Part shown: positions 31,285-32,000 of the stretch, piece by piece
Layout of the letters: the number at the start of each line of letters is the position of its first letter
Numbering within the stretch: position 1 is the first letter of the stretch
Assembly: GCA_964573185.1 (NCBI GenBank)
Contig: CAZNIQ010000005.1
Span: forward strand, 1 to 32,000
DNA: 32,000 bases
Reading direction: 5' to 3'
Origin: Candidatus Woesearchaeota archaeon
GTDB lineage: Archaea > Nanobdellota > Nanobdellia > Nanobdellales > CAZNIQ01
Notes under the pieces: model-generated
What the model was told of the DNA's origin: nothing
What the model saw: only the letters and a program-made list of their open reading frames with translations
Databases searched by the model: none
Translations under genes and position numbers: made by a program

Positions 31285-32000
31285 ATGTTTGGAGATGTTA
31301 AATCCGTCGCAGTAGTTGGTGCGTCCCCAAAAGAAGGAAAAGCTGGAAATATAATTCTAAAAAATTTCATTAAGAGATTTAAAGGAAAAATTTTTGCGGT
31401 AAATCCAAAGTATAAAGAGGTTTTAGGCGTCCCTTGTTTTCCTACAGTTAAAGACATATCTGAAGATATTGATTTAGTTGTAATAGCAGTTCCTGCTGAG
31501 AAAGTACCAAAAGTAGTAAAAGATGCTTCTGAAAAAGGAGTTAAGTATGCTATTATAATTTCTGCTGGATTCTCAGAAGTAGGAAGAAAGGATTTAGAGG
31601 AAGAAATATTAAAATATAAGGGAGATATGAAAATTATTGGACCTAATGGTTTAGGGGTTTACGATCCTTATTCTGGTATAGATACTTTCTTTATAGAGGA
31701 ATCAAGAGTTCCAAGACCACCTAAAGGAAATATAGCAATATTATCTCAATCAGGTGCTATAGCTTTAGCATTAATGGAATGGCTGGCTTTACATAACATT
31801 GGAGTATCAATTATAGTTTCTTATGGCAATAAAATAGATTTAGATGAAGTAGATTTCCTTAAGATGTTAAAAGAAGATAAAAATACTAAGTATATTTTCA
31901 TGTATCTTGAAGGCTTGAAGCCTGGGAGGGGGAAAGAATTTATTAAAATTGCTAAAGAATTGTATAAAGAAGGTAAAAGGATTATAGCTTTAAAGGCCGG
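31285..32000 (+). CDS. acd: ADP-forming acetyl-CoA synthetase (acetate--CoA ligase, NDP-forming), N-terminal CoA-binding/ligase domains; 3'-truncated by the window end
   Basis: Not in the ORF track because it has no stop in the window. ATG 31285 opens MFGDVKSVAVVGASPKEGKAGNIILKNFIKRFKGKIFAVNPKYKEVLGVPCFPTVKDISEDIDLVVIAVPAEKVPKVV...IISAGFSEVG...IIGPNGLGV...ILSQSGAIALA. This is typical of the ACD alpha region. Confidence 0.85.
   Translation, partial: MFGDVKSVAVVGASPKEGKAGNIILKNFIKRFKGKIFAVNPKYKEVLGVPCFPTVKDISEDIDLVVIAVPAEKVPKVVKDASEKGVKYAIIISAGFSEVGRKDLEEEILKYKGDMKIIGPNGLGVYDPYSGIDTFFIEESRVPRPPKGNIAILSQSGAIALALMEWLALHNIGVSIIVSYGNKIDLDEVDFLKMLKEDKNTKYIFMYLEGLKPGRGKEFIKIAKELYKEGKRIIALKA

Noticed and set aside
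31272-31457. Minus-strand 61-aa ORF
   Set aside because: It is antisense to the clearly recognisable 5' end of the ADP-forming acetyl-CoA synthetase gene, which the track omits only because it runs off the window.
1-32000. CRISPR arrays, transposases/IS elements, split tRNA halves or additional GC-rich RNA islands
   Set aside because: Scanning by eye found no regularly spaced direct repeats and no transposase- or integrase-like ORFs. The only GC-rich islands are the 5S rRNA, tRNA-Gly and the guide regions of the two C/D sRNAs. The only mobile-type elements seen are the two inteins.

Overview
This window reads as a strongly AT-rich, very compact archaeal chromosome segment. All calls were made by eye from the sequence and the ORF track; no searches were run.

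Organism-level clues:
- Structured RNAs are conspicuously GC-rich: an isolated 5S rRNA, a tRNA-Gly(UCC) and two C/D-box sRNAs. That contrast is the usual signature of a thermophile.
- Gene order is scrambled: rps19e-rpoD and aIF2gamma-PIN-DRG are adjacent.
- Many neighbouring genes share 4-nt ATGA stop/start overlaps, at 1040, 2808, 5365, 12310, 23458, 26314 and 28699.
- TATA-like boxes are centred about 25 nt upstream of start codons, which implies leaderless mRNAs.
- Together these suggest a genome-reduced DPANN/Nanoarchaeota-like or similar archaeon. This is inference only.

Recognisable content:
- Translation and RNA processing: aIF2-gamma, an Fcf1-like PIN nuclease, a divergent DRG GTPase, a PUA protein, Rps19e and the RNase P protein Rpp21.
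- Transcription and chromatin: RpoD, TFE and an archaeal histone.
- Proteostasis and metabolism: an intein-bearing Cdc48, methionine aminopeptidase, FBP aldolase/phosphatase, a PfkB kinase, ADP-forming acetyl-CoA synthetase (3'-truncated) and MgtC.
- Other: an NreA-like protein and a minimal E1-like plus GG-terminated ubiquitin-like pair.
- Two separate type-IV-pilus/archaellum-type ATPase plus membrane-platform modules. One ATPase carries a mini-intein in its P-loop. No pilin or archaellin gene is visible in the window.

Most notable observations:
1. A C/D-box sRNA has a guide complementary to the 5S rRNA encoded 17 kb away.
2. Stable-RNA genes abut downstream ORFs with no room for a promoter (5S then mgtC-rpp21; tRNA-Gly then a small membrane ORF).
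3. Palindromic TATA elements sit exactly equidistant from divergent genes.
4. An ATPase-platform-NreA-like operon could be a DNA-transfer or repair-linked pilus-like system.
5. A TFE-E1-Ubl operon.
6. A cluster of uncharacterised membrane-anchored, cysteine-rich, sequon-bearing proteins that may be surface or host-contact factors.
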